The notes below the pieces were generated by a model, which was not told the origin of the DNA, made no database searches, and was given only the letters and a program-made list of their open reading frames with translations. Positions 37,754 through 46,094 of a stretch of 64,000 nt of DNA are shown here, piece by piece. The stretch comes from Thermoplasmatota archaeon. Lineage in GTDB: Archaea > Thermoplasmatota > E2 > JACPAO01 > JAHFTW01. How positions within the stretch are numbered: position 1 is the first letter of the stretch; each line of letters begins with the position of its first letter. Made by a program: the position numbers and the translations under genes. The stretch spans positions 128,001 through 192,000 of the forward strand of contig JBFIHX010000001.1 of the NCBI GenBank assembly GCA_041601615.1, in the 5' to 3' direction.

Positions 37754-39303
37754 TCGTCCAATCGCCCGAGCGTGTGCCAGCGCAGCACCGGTTTGCGGGC
37801 TGCTTTGGCTTCGTCGAGGCGTTTGACGGGTGTGGTGTAGGGGGCGCCTTTGACGAGGGCGGGGTCTTCCTGTGCGATCTGCTTCAGGACTTCCACAAAC
37901 CGGTCCAGCTCCTCCTTGGATTCGGATTCGGTGGGCTCGAACATGAGCGCTTCGGGCACGATGAGGGGGAAGTAGACGGTGGGGGCGTGGATGCCGTAGT
38001 CCAGGAGGCGCTTGCCGATGTCGCCGGCGGTGATACCTGTGCGTTTCTTGAGGCCGGATGCGCTGGCGACGAATTCGTGTTTGTTGGGCCCGGGGTGCGG
38101 GAAGTCTAGGACATCCTTGAGGCCGTGTTTGACGTAGTTGGCGTTGAGCACGGCGATTTCGGCAGCACGAGTGATGCCGTTGCCACCAAGCAGGCACATG
38201 TAGGTGTAGGCGCGAACGAGGGCGGCACTTTGGCCGTACCAGCCTTTGAGTTTGCCAATGCTTTGGGTGTGCACGTCGCTGTATTCCACGTCGTAGGTGC
38301 CGTCGGCGGCCTTGATGACGCGGGGCACGGGAAGGAAGGGAATGAGTCGCTTCTTGACGCCCACGGGGCCGCTGCCGGGTCCGCCGCCGCCGTGGGGGAC
38401 GGCGTAGGTTTTGTGGAGGTTGATGTGGACGATGTCGAATCCCATGTCGCCGGGGCGGGTTTTGCCTTGAATGGCGTTGAGGTTGGCGCCGTCGTAGTAC
38501 AGGAGGCCGCCGGCTTCGTGGACGATTTTGGCGATGTCCAGGATGTCCTGCTCGAAGAGCCCAAGGGTGTTGGGGTTGGTGAGCATGAAGAGGGCGGTCT
38601 TCCGTCCAACGGAGGCACGCAGGGCGTCGAGGTCCACGCGGCCGTCGGCTTTGCTTGCAAACTCGACGACTTTGTAGCCGGCCATGCCGGCGGTGGCGGG
38701 GTTGGTGCCGTGGGCGGTGTCGGGCAAAATCACTTCGTCGCGGTCGCCTTCGCCTCGGGACTCGTGGTAGGCGCGGGCGAGCAGGCAGCCCAAAAATTCG
38801 CCTTGTGCTCCGGCGGCTGGTTGGAGGGTCACGGCGTCCATGCCGGTGACTTCGCCGAGCCAGTGTTCGAGTTCGTGAAACACTTCCAGGTGGCCTTGGA
38901 TGGTGCGTGGGTCCTGGTCGGGGTGGACGAGGTTGACGTAGGACCAAGCGGCCACTTCGTCGCACGCTTTGGGGTTGTGCTTCATGGTGCAGCTGCCCAG
39001 GGGGTAGAGCGCGGTGTCGTTGCCGAAGTTTTTCTGGCTGAGCTTGGTGAAGTGGTAGACGGCTTGGGGTTCGGTGAGGCCGAAGTCGCCGTCGTCCTTG
39101 GTTGGATCAAACTGCATTTCGGCGGGCACGCGGGAGGCAAGCACGTCGGGTTCGTGCAGCTCGCCCAAATGGACGCCTGTGGTGCCGGGGCGCGCCTCTT
39201 CCACCACCAGGGGAACGTCGTGGGGGATCACCATGCGCGAGTGCACGGGGGCGGCCGGAACACTCAGGCTTTTGGGTTCGCTGAAGTCGACGATTTCACT
39301 CAT
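37750..39303 (-). CDS. gcvPB: Glycine dehydrogenase (decarboxylating) subunit 2
   Basis: YPLGSCTMKHNP, LQPAAGAQGE, AHGTNPAT, HINLHKTY, PHGGGGPGSG, EPTESESK. Confidence 0.97.
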   Translation of the reverse strand: MSEIVDFSEPKSLSVPAAPVHSRMVIPHDVPLVVEEARPGTTGVHLGELHEPDVLASRVPAEMQFDPTKDDGDFGLTEPQAVYHFTKLSQKNFGNDTALYPLGSCTMKHNPKACDEVAAWSYVNLVHPDQDPRTIQGHLEVFHELEHWLGEVTGMDAVTLQPAAGAQGEFLGCLLARAYHESRGEGDRDEVILPDTAHGTNPATAGMAGYKVVEFASKADGRVDLDALRASVGRKTALFMLTNPNTLGLFEQDILDIAKIVHEAGGLLYYDGANLNAIQGKTRPGDMGFDIVHINLHKTYAVPHGGGGPGSGPVGVKKRLIPFLPVPRVIKAADGTYDVEYSDVHTQSIGKLKGWYGQSAALVRAYTYMCLLGGNGITRAAEIAVLNANYVKHGLKDVLDFPHPGPNKHEFVASASGLKKRTGITAGDIGKRLLDYGIHAPTVYFPLIVPEALMFEPTESESKEELDRFVEVLKQIAQEDPALVKGAPYTTPVKRLDEAKAARKPVLRWHTLGRLDE

Positions 39304-40655
39304 GCGGCCACGACCTCCTTGGATTGTTCCAGGGCCGTTTCCAGGGCAGTGAAATCAGCTGGACTCAGCACGGGGGATGCGCCCCAGAGCATGCAATCGG
39401 CGAGGTCTGCGTCGTCGCGGGCAAGGCGCAAACCCGGATGAACGCCAGCTTTGAGCATTGCTTCGTGGAAGCGATCGGGGTCGGCGATGCGGGTGACGAT
39501 TTCGTTGTAGTGAACGCCGGTGAAGCGTCGTTCCAGGCCGGCCGATTCGAGGGTTTTTTCGAGTTTGGCGCCGACTTTGAGGTTGTGCAGGCCTAGGTCT
39601 CGAACGCCGGTACGCCCAAGGAGCGTCAAGTGCATGGCAGCCATGTTGGCCATGAGTGCTTCGTTGGAGCAGATGTTCGAAGTCGCTTTGCTGCGACGGA
39701 TGTGTTGCTCGCGGGCTTGGAGGGTCATGACGTAGCCGCGTTTGCCGTCTTCGTCGAGAGTGGCTCCGATGAGGCGGCCGGGCATTTTGCGCACCAGTGC
39801 TTCGGTGCAGCCAAATAGGCCAAGAAGCGGGCCGCCGGCGGCGGGGGCGCCTCCGAAGCAACTGGCTTCGCCCACCACGATGTCCGCGCCGAGGAGACCG
39901 GGCGGGGTTGCAACGCCGAGCGAGGTTGGATCGACGCCCATTACAAACAGGGCGCCGGCGTCGTGGGCGAGGCTACCGATGGCTTTGGCTTGGGTTTCCC
40001 ATATGCCGAAGTGGTTGGGGTTTTCGAGGTACACGCCGCAGACGTCGTCGCCGAGTTTGGCTTGCAGATCAAACAGGTCGGCTTCGCCGGTTTCGTCGTC
40101 GTAGCCGTAGGACTCGATGGTCATCCCGGCGCCTTTGGTGTAGTTTTCTAGGACGCTGCGCTTTTGCCACGAAAGGGCCCTTGGGATGAGGAAGCGGGGG
40201 CGTTTTCCATGGACTCGGAACGCCATGAGGCCGGCTTCGCCAAGCGCCGTGTGGCCGTCGTACATGCTGGCGTTGACGACCTCCATGCGCGTGATGTCCG
40301 CCATGAGGCTCTGGTACTCAAACAGGCATTGAAGCAGTCCCTGGCTCACTTCGGGCTGGTACGGGGTGTATGCGTTGATGAGTTCCTGACGGTGAATGAC
40401 GGCGCGGACACTCGCGGGGACGGGTTGGGGCTTGAGGCCCCCACCCAGGAAAATCGGCATGTTGTCGTAGGTGCGGTTCTTGCCGAGCGTGCGGCGCAGC
40501 CGGCTGACAAGGTAGCGTTCTGGCTCTGCGTCGGGCAAATCCAGTTTGGACAATCGCAGTTTTGCGGGGATGTCCGAGAACAAGTCTTCGACGCTCTGGA
40601 TTCCGATGGCTTCGCAGAGCTCACCCTCCCGAAGGTGGTTGGGGATCAGGTGCAC
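39300..40655 (-). CDS. gcvPA: Glycine dehydrogenase (decarboxylating) subunit 1
   Basis: YTPYQPEVSQG, NASMYDG, REQHIRRSKATSNICSN. Confidence 0.97.
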   Translation of the reverse strand: MHLIPNHLREGELCEAIGIQSVEDLFSDIPAKLRLSKLDLPDAEPERYLVSRLRRTLGKNRTYDNMPIFLGGGLKPQPVPASVRAVIHRQELINAYTPYQPEVSQGLLQCLFEYQSLMADITRMEVVNASMYDGHTALGEAGLMAFRVHGKRPRFLIPRALSWQKRSVLENYTKGAGMTIESYGYDDETGEADLFDLQAKLGDDVCGVYLENPNHFGIWETQAKAIGSLAHDAGALFVMGVDPTSLGVATPPGLLGADIVVGEASCFGGAPAAGGPLLGLFGCTEALVRKMPGRLIGATLDEDGKRGYVMTLQAREQHIRRSKATSNICSNEALMANMAAMHLTLLGRTGVRDLGLHNLKVGAKLEKTLESAGLERRFTGVHYNEIVTRIADPDRFHEAMLKAGVHPGLRLARDDADLADCMLWGASPVLSPADFTALETALEQSKEVVAA

Positions 40656-40816
40656 GATGCGCGCGACACGGGTCCGGGATTTGAGCGTTGGCGCCGGCTT
40701 CTGCGACGACGACTAGGCCGCGCGGGCTCGGACCCCCAGATGCGACTGCGCGATTACCCACGCTATGGCACAGAGCCGGCGGCGCAGCGTCGAGGTATCA
40801 GTCCTGTTGCCGATGG

Positions 40817-41542
40817 CTACCAATCAATGACGTGCCGATCTCGCCAGAACCGCCCTCCGGGAGCTCCTGGTGCGAATCGAGCCAGCCACACGGGTGTATC
40901 TGCTCCCTCGGCGACACTCCGGTTTGCGCCAGCGCCGCCCATGTCGGTGCGCACCCAGCCAGGGCAGACGGAGTTGGCGATGAGGCCCCGCATTCCGTAT
41001 TCGCCTTGCAGATATGCGGTGAGACCGTTTAGCCCGGTTTTGCTGACGCGGTATGCGGGCGCGGAGCCCCCCATGCCTTCACCGAGTGCCCCCATTCCGC
41101 TGCTGATGTTGACGACGCGGCTGCCCTCGTGAGCAAGCAAATGCGGCAGGGCGTATTTGCTCAGAATCATGGGTCCGCGTAGGTTGGTCGCAAGCACTTG
41201 GTCCAGTCGGTGGGCGTCGAGGTTGTGCAGCGCGGAGCCGTGCCAGTCGCCGATTCCGGCGTTGTTGACGAGGATGTCCAATCGCCCTCCATCCCCTTGT
41301 GCAACTTGCTCCACTGCGGCTTTGATGCTTGCCTCGTCGGTCACGTCCAGCGCCAAGGGCCGGATGCGGCCGTCGCTTGCACTCTCGACGTCGGCAACGG
41401 ATTGTACATTGCGGCTTCCCGCGTACACCGTGGCGCCAAGGTCGGCCAATTCAGCGGCAATTTGGGCGCCGATGCCTCGGTTTGCGCCGCTCACAATTGC
41501 TACTTGGCCATCGAGGCGTTCAAGCACGGGAATGTCCTGCAC
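40817..41542 (-). CDS. SDR family oxidoreductase (carbonyl reductase-like)
   Basis: SGANRGIG, LVNNAG, YRVSK, CPGWVRTDMGG. Confidence 0.93.
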   Translation of the reverse strand: MQDIPVLERLDGQVAIVSGANRGIGAQIAAELADLGATVYAGSRNVQSVADVESASDGRIRPLALDVTDEASIKAAVEQVAQGDGGRLDILVNNAGIGDWHGSALHNLDAHRLDQVLATNLRGPMILSKYALPHLLAHEGSRVVNISSGMGALGEGMGGSAPAYRVSKTGLNGLTAYLQGEYGMRGLIANSVCPGWVRTDMGGAGANRSVAEGADTPVWLARFAPGAPGGRFWRDRHVIDW

Positions 41543-41574
41543 GCCCCTGGATGCGCGGGCATTGCTGAAGGGGT

Positions 41575-41928
41575 TTAGGATGCGCGCAGACTTCGGCCCA
41601 CAATCTGCATGGCGTGGTCCGCGATGCGATCACCCGCCATCACCCAATCATGACGGATGCGTGCGTGTCCAAGGCGTCCGCGCACCTGTGTTTCGAAGCG
41701 AAAGTGGCCATCGGAAGCGACCATAACCCCCACTTCATCGACGCGCACGTCTCGAAGGTAGCGACGGAATGCGGTCAGTTGGTCTCCGATTTCCTGGCGG
41801 CCTCGCGCCTCTTCCTGGAATGCTTTCACCACGGCTCCCGCATCGTAGCATTCTACGAGGGCTTCCAAGTCAAAGGCGCAAAGCGAGTCGACCCAGCGCC
41901 GCACAAGAGGGTGAAGGGAGCCGGGCAT
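41575..41928 (-). CDS. SnoaL/NTF2-like protein
   Basis: DLEALVECYDAGA...RGRQEI...GDRI pattern. Confidence 0.7.
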   Translation of the reverse strand: MPGSLHPLVRRWVDSLCAFDLEALVECYDAGAVVKAFQEEARGRQEIGDQLTAFRRYLRDVRVDEVGVMVASDGHFRFETQVRGRLGHARIRHDWVMAGDRIADHAMQIVGRSLRAS

Positions 41929-41957
41929 CGACTGGATCTCTGCCGCCAGGGCGCCCT

Positions 41958-42227
41958 TTAGGTTTCTGGTGGCGTTGTGGAAGATTCTCCGGCCGCAGTC
42001 GCCCGTCGTTCCAGGCGCGTGCCGTCGCGGGGGCAGTGGAGAATCGCCGGGTGCAGGGTTTCGAAGTGACACACGGGGCAGATGCGCTCGGGGCGATTTC
42101 GTCTTGGCCACAAGAGCAGCGGAAACAGCAAAAAGAAGAACAGGCCGGGCACGCCGATGGCCCAGAAAAACGCCGTGAGCCCGATACTCGCCCCAAGTCC
42201 CGCAAGAAACGGAGTCCAGCGCCGCAC
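41958..42227 (-). CDS. Small membrane protein with zinc ribbon
   Basis: Two TM segments, then CPVC-x10-CPRDG. Confidence 0.6.
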   Translation of the reverse strand: MRRWTPFLAGLGASIGLTAFFWAIGVPGLFFFLLFPLLLWPRRNRPERICPVCHFETLHPAILHCPRDGTRLERRATAAGESSTTPPET

Positions 42228-42231
42228 AGAC

Positions 42232-42615
42232 CTACTCGTTCGTGAAGGCGAGGTAATCCTCGGCCGACAGGAGCGTTGCCGCTTCGGCTACGTCTCGCAT
42301 GCGGATCTTGATGAGCCAACCTTCCCCATATGGGTCCGAGTTGATGGTTTCGGGTGCGTCTTCAAGCGCGGCGTTTGTGTCCGTGATTTCGCCAGCCACG
42401 GGCATAAAGAGGTCGCTGACAGACTTGACCGACTCCACGACGCCAAATTCGTCGTCCGTGTCGTATTCGGTGCCGATGCCGGGCAGTTCCACGTACACGA
42501 TGTCGTTGAGAGCATCCTGGGCGTGATCGGTGATTCCGACGGTGGCGATGTCACCCTCGATGCGGACCCACTCGTGGCTCTTGGTGTACAGGACGTCATC
42601 CGGCGTGTCGGACAC
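42232..42615 (-). CDS. gcvH: Glycine cleavage system H protein
   Basis: YTKSHEW, VGITDHAQ, VVESVKSVSDL (lipoyl Lys), NSDPYGEGW. Confidence 0.96.
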   Translation of the reverse strand: MSDTPDDVLYTKSHEWVRIEGDIATVGITDHAQDALNDIVYVELPGIGTEYDTDDEFGVVESVKSVSDLFMPVAGEITDTNAALEDAPETINSDPYGEGWLIKIRMRDVAEAATLLSAEDYLAFTNE

Positions 42616-42729
42616 GAAGCGGTGGACGACAGGTCCGCCTTTTGGCCGTTCCCCCGCCAACGGCCCCCAGAACGACCGCCCAATCCCGACACGGCCAAAT
42701 AGGGGGGCCGACTCGACAGCCATCCCCCC

Positions 42730-42802
42730 CCGGACTTAGCTCAATAGGTAGAGCGGTGGACTGTAGATCCGCAGGTTGCTGGTTCGATTCCGGCAGTCCG
42801 GA
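42730..42802 (+). tRNA. tRNA-Tyr (GUA), intronless, archaeal type
   Basis: CCGGACT/AGTCCGG acceptor stem (C1:G72, A73), GTGGA-CTGTAGA-TCCGC anticodon arm, short variable loop. Confidence 0.96.
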
Positions 42803-43283
42803 CTTGCCCTCTTGGGTGCGTGTACAAGCGCACCCGGAGGAAGAATTCGTCAAACATTTGGAGGCGAGGCCTTCGCATGGGTACCTCCCGGCAAGAGCGG
42901 CTGCAATTCTGAGTCTTTGTGGGCTCTTGTTTTCTCCAAAACCCGGGGATTGTGCATCCCGGCGTCGGTCAGCACGGGACCGATACGGCGTTTGGGCGGT
43001 GTGACGACCTTGTCCTGATTGCCGTTTTCACGCGCCTTACCGCTTGGCAAACAGCCGTGCAAGGGACTTGGGGACAAACGGCAACAAAAATGAAAACCAG
43101 AGCCGCCCCCAGAGCCTTCGCTTCTCATGGAAAACCCCCAAAGAGCCACTAAGTTTTTATGCTCATCATCAAAAACGGGCATCAATGATCAATCACGAAC
43201 TGCCCGCGTTCCTCCTGTTGTCCTCCTGTAGGAATTCGACAAGGTCAAGAACCCCGCTTCAGGTCAGACGGTAGGGAAGCATC

Positions 43284-43487
43284 ATGCCCTACGAACACAC
43301 GACTGACAAAGGGACCTACGTCCTGTTCACGCGCGCTGTCGAACTGAAGGGTGGCCGCACGCAGACCATCTACTTCTTCACCAAGAAGGGCAACACGCCC
43401 AAGAGCGGCAACGCCTGCGACATGCCCGATGGCAAGGCCGTCGGCATCAACAGCCGCACGGGCCTGCCGTTCCTGAAGAACGCCTGA
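43284..43487 (+). CDS. Small basic conserved hypothetical protein (67 aa)
   Basis: Strong C/G-ending codon bias; LKGGRTQTIYFF...RTGLPFLK pattern recalled from an uncharacterised family; followed by a pyrimidine tract. Confidence 0.8.
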   Translation: MPYEHTTDKGTYVLFTRAVELKGGRTQTIYFFTKKGNTPKSGNACDMPDGKAVGINSRTGLPFLKNA

Positions 43488-43539
43488 TTCGGTACGCGCA
43501 CAATCGGACACCTACCGATCCGACCTTTCTCCTTCTCTC

Positions 43540-43752
43540 TCACTGCTTCTTTGGGCGCATCGACGCCACCACCCGAACCAGAATCCAGAGGCAAAACAAC
43601 GCCACCGGAAGAATCAACGCGACGAACCAGCCGCCGTCGGTCAAACCCACAAGAAGTGCGAAGCCGACTGCCAACAACACCGTAGGGATCACCAGCAAGG
43701 GGACACGAGCGGCCCCCGGTGGCGCGGAGAGAGAATCACCACGGCTTGACAC
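43540..43752 (-). CDS. Small two-helix membrane protein
   Basis: Two hydrophobic segments and a basic tail; downstream of tRNA-Pro. Confidence 0.45.
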   Translation of the reverse strand: MSSRGDSLSAPPGAARVPLLVIPTVLLAVGFALLVGLTDGGWFVALILPVALFCLWILVRVVASMRPKKQ

Positions 43753-43828
43753 ATGGAAATGGACGGTGTTGGACAGGAAGAAGGTTGGCGGGCGACGAGG
43801 CCCAAACAATCATCAAAAAGAGAAAAAG

Positions 43829-43901
43829 TGGCCCTGCCCAGATTTGAACTGGAGTGCGTGCCTCCCGAAGGCACAAGGATACCAAACTACCCCACAGGGC
43901 C
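43829..43901 (-). tRNA. tRNA-Pro (CGG)
   Basis: GGCCCTG/CAGGGCC acceptor stem, GTGCC-TTCGGGA-GGCAC anticodon arm, GTTCAAATC T-loop. Confidence 0.95.
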
Positions 43902-43950
43902 GTGGGTTCGCTCCCTCTTGGGAGCTAGGCGGCGCCGACTGGCCTCCTGT

Positions 43951-44259
43951 CTATAAGGTCTGCGAAGGCCCGTCCGTCAGGAACCGGCGAAGTTCCTGGA
44001 CGTAGGCGCGGAACGCTTGGCTTCCGGCGCGGGTGATTTGGTAGCGTAGTTGGAAGCCGTCGCGGCCTTGCAAGACCCGTCGGCTCAGAAGAAGGCCGGC
44101 GTCTTCGAGTCGTTTGGCGTGGGTGGCGAGGTTGCCGTCGGTGAGGCCAAGCGCGTCGCGGAGTGTGGTGTAGGCTAGGTCGCGGCGTTGGTAGAGGTGG
44201 GCCATGATTTGGAGTCGGGTGGGTTGGTGGATGAGTCGGCTGTGCTCGTCGAGGTGCAT
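43951..44259 (-). CDS. Winged-helix transcriptional regulator (ArsR/MarR-like)
   Basis: IHQPTRLQIM...LTDGNLATHAKRLEDAG...YQITRAG. Confidence 0.88.
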   Translation of the reverse strand: MHLDEHSRLIHQPTRLQIMAHLYQRRDLAYTTLRDALGLTDGNLATHAKRLEDAGLLLSRRVLQGRDGFQLRYQITRAGSQAFRAYVQELRRFLTDGPSQTL

Positions 44260-44261
44260 GC

Positions 44262-44870
44262 TTAGCCTCGGCGGATCATCCAGAGGCCGGCTGCGGTCCA
44301 GCCGATGCTGACGGCTGCGGCTCCGAGTAGGCTTGCGGCAACGTGTCCGGCGCCGGCAAGGGCGATGGTGAGGCCGGCGATGATCATCCAGGCACCGGCG
44401 GGGTAGCCGTATCGGGCGCAGGGTACGTCGCCACGGTGTTCGATGCCTGCGATGAGGATGGCGAAGAAGCCGTTGGTGACGGTCATGATGGCGGATGTGG
44501 TCCAGTGCCAGTCGAGGAGTTGGTCGGTGACGAACCAGAGGGCGGCGGCGAGGACGAGGAAGGCCCCGGTGTAGGCGATCATGCGCCAGTCGCCGCCGGG
44601 GGCGCGGCGTAGGTGGACGGCGTGTTGGCGCCAGAGGAGTTTGGTGAGGAGCGAGCCGAGGGCGACGCCGGGAATCCACAGCACGGCGTAGAGCCATTGG
44701 AATCCGTTGGCTTCGATCCAAGAGGCTGCGGTGCCGTAAGTGAGGAAGATGAGGGGCGAGGCGAGGCCCCAGACGATGTTGGTGAGGCCGGCGGTGCGGG
44801 CTGTGAGGCTTTCCTCAACGTGTTCGAGCTCGTGCAGGGCGGTGGCGGCGTCGTGGGCGCTGAGGTCCAT
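44262..44870 (-). CDS. Hypothetical membrane protein co-transcribed with the regulator
   Basis: About 6 TM helices; 2-nt gap to the regulator. Confidence 0.75.
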   Translation of the reverse strand: MDLSAHDAATALHELEHVEESLTARTAGLTNIVWGLASPLIFLTYGTAASWIEANGFQWLYAVLWIPGVALGSLLTKLLWRQHAVHLRRAPGGDWRMIAYTGAFLVLAAALWFVTDQLLDWHWTTSAIMTVTNGFFAILIAGIEHRGDVPCARYGYPAGAWMIIAGLTIALAGAGHVAASLLGAAAVSIGWTAAGLWMIRRG

Positions 44871-44933
44871 GGGACTCCTATGGCGCCTGCTAGGCATAGC
44901 CAGGGCTGAAACTTTGCGGGGCGAAGTGGAGCC

Positions 44934-46040
44934 TTATGCGCGGCGGCGGCGCACGACGACGGCGGTGCCAAGGAGGCCCACGGCGAGGAGGGCTACACCG
45001 GCGCTGGGGACGTCTTTGACGGGAGCGTTGGTGGGGTTGGCCTTCTTGGGCACGCCGCCTTTGTAGTCGCCTACGTCGCCGACTTGGGCGGTGTGGGGGC
45101 CGTCGGTCATGATGCCGCCTGCGATGAGGAGGTTGCCATGGAAGCGGTTTTTCTCCACGACGACGACGGTGAAGTTGTTTTGTTGGTCTGGGAGCCATCC
45201 GTCGAAGTTGGCGAGGGCTTCCCAGCCGCCGGTTCGTTCGACGTATTCCATGTAGACGGGGTTGTCGCTGCCTTCTACGTCGATGCGGACGAGGTAGACT
45301 TGGCTGGGTTCGAGGGGGACTTTGACGATGACGGTGCCGGCGGCGGTGCGCAGGTCTCCTACTTCGACTTTGATGATGTCTGCTCGGACTTCAAAGGAGG
45401 CGGTGCCGTTGCCGGCGAGGCCTTTGCTGTCGGTGCCGATGGCGCTCGTGGTGTAGCTGCCGGCGGTGAGGTTGCGGGCGGTGTAGCGGTAGTGTGGGCC
45501 GGTGACGTGCTCCAGTTGGGTTTCGTCGGCGATGATGCCGTCGGGGCCCATGAGGGTGAATTCGCGGTCGGTGACTCCGGCGTTGTCGGTGTAGAAGACA
45601 TCGATGACGACGCTGCCGCCGACGGTGGCGACCCCGGGACTGGCGTACAGTTCCACTTGGGGCTCGGCAAAGTCGCTGAGCGGGGGGTTGATGAAGATGA
45701 GCCAGAAGGCGAGCCAGGTAAAGAACAACAGGAATCCGGTGCCGAGCCATTCGCGGCGTTGGTAGTGGCTGATGTCGATGCGTAGCTGCTTGTAGAGCGG
45801 TTTGAGGGCTAGGAAAAAGACTCCGAATACGGCCATGCCGAGGAGCCATCCTACCTTGGCGCCGCCGACGGCGATGAACAGGCCCCAGCTGACGACGGCG
45901 GCGAGGATGCCCATAAGGAACATCGTGACCGTGGTCTTGAAGCCGATCATTTCCTTGTGAATGAAGGCGTCTTCGTCAAAATCGGCGGGGATGAACTCGT
46001 ACTTCTCTTCCGAGACTTCCTCGTCCTTCTTCTTACCCAC
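44934..46040 (-). CDS. Membrane protein with extracellular Ig-like domain and C-terminal sorting-type anchor
   Basis: Three N-terminal TM helices, beta-rich domain, C-terminal VPSAG-hydrophobic-RRRRA tail. Confidence 0.75.
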   Translation of the reverse strand: MGKKKDEEVSEEKYEFIPADFDEDAFIHKEMIGFKTTVTMFLMGILAAVVSWGLFIAVGGAKVGWLLGMAVFGVFFLALKPLYKQLRIDISHYQRREWLGTGFLLFFTWLAFWLIFINPPLSDFAEPQVELYASPGVATVGGSVVIDVFYTDNAGVTDREFTLMGPDGIIADETQLEHVTGPHYRYTARNLTAGSYTTSAIGTDSKGLAGNGTASFEVRADIIKVEVGDLRTAAGTVIVKVPLEPSQVYLVRIDVEGSDNPVYMEYVERTGGWEALANFDGWLPDQQNNFTVVVVEKNRFHGNLLIAGGIMTDGPHTAQVGDVGDYKGGVPKKANPTNAPVKDVPSAGVALLAVGLLGTAVVVRRRRA

Positions 46041-46062
46041 GGACGCGCCGAGTGGGGCCCGA

Positions 46063-46069
46063 CTTAAAG
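46063..46069. promoter_or_regulatory. Candidate bidirectional TATA box (CTTAAAG)
   Basis: Only AT-rich element in a 54-bp gap; centred 26 nt from GTG 46040 (-) and 29 nt from GTG 46095 (+). Confidence 0.5.
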
Positions 46070-46094
46070 GGCTGCGGTGCCTCGCCGCGACACC

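Noticed and set aside
37754-38965. 513-aa ORF suggesting a long MNT fusion
   Set aside because: It is an Arg/Pro-rich alternate frame of gcvPB. The MNT gene starts at 37753.
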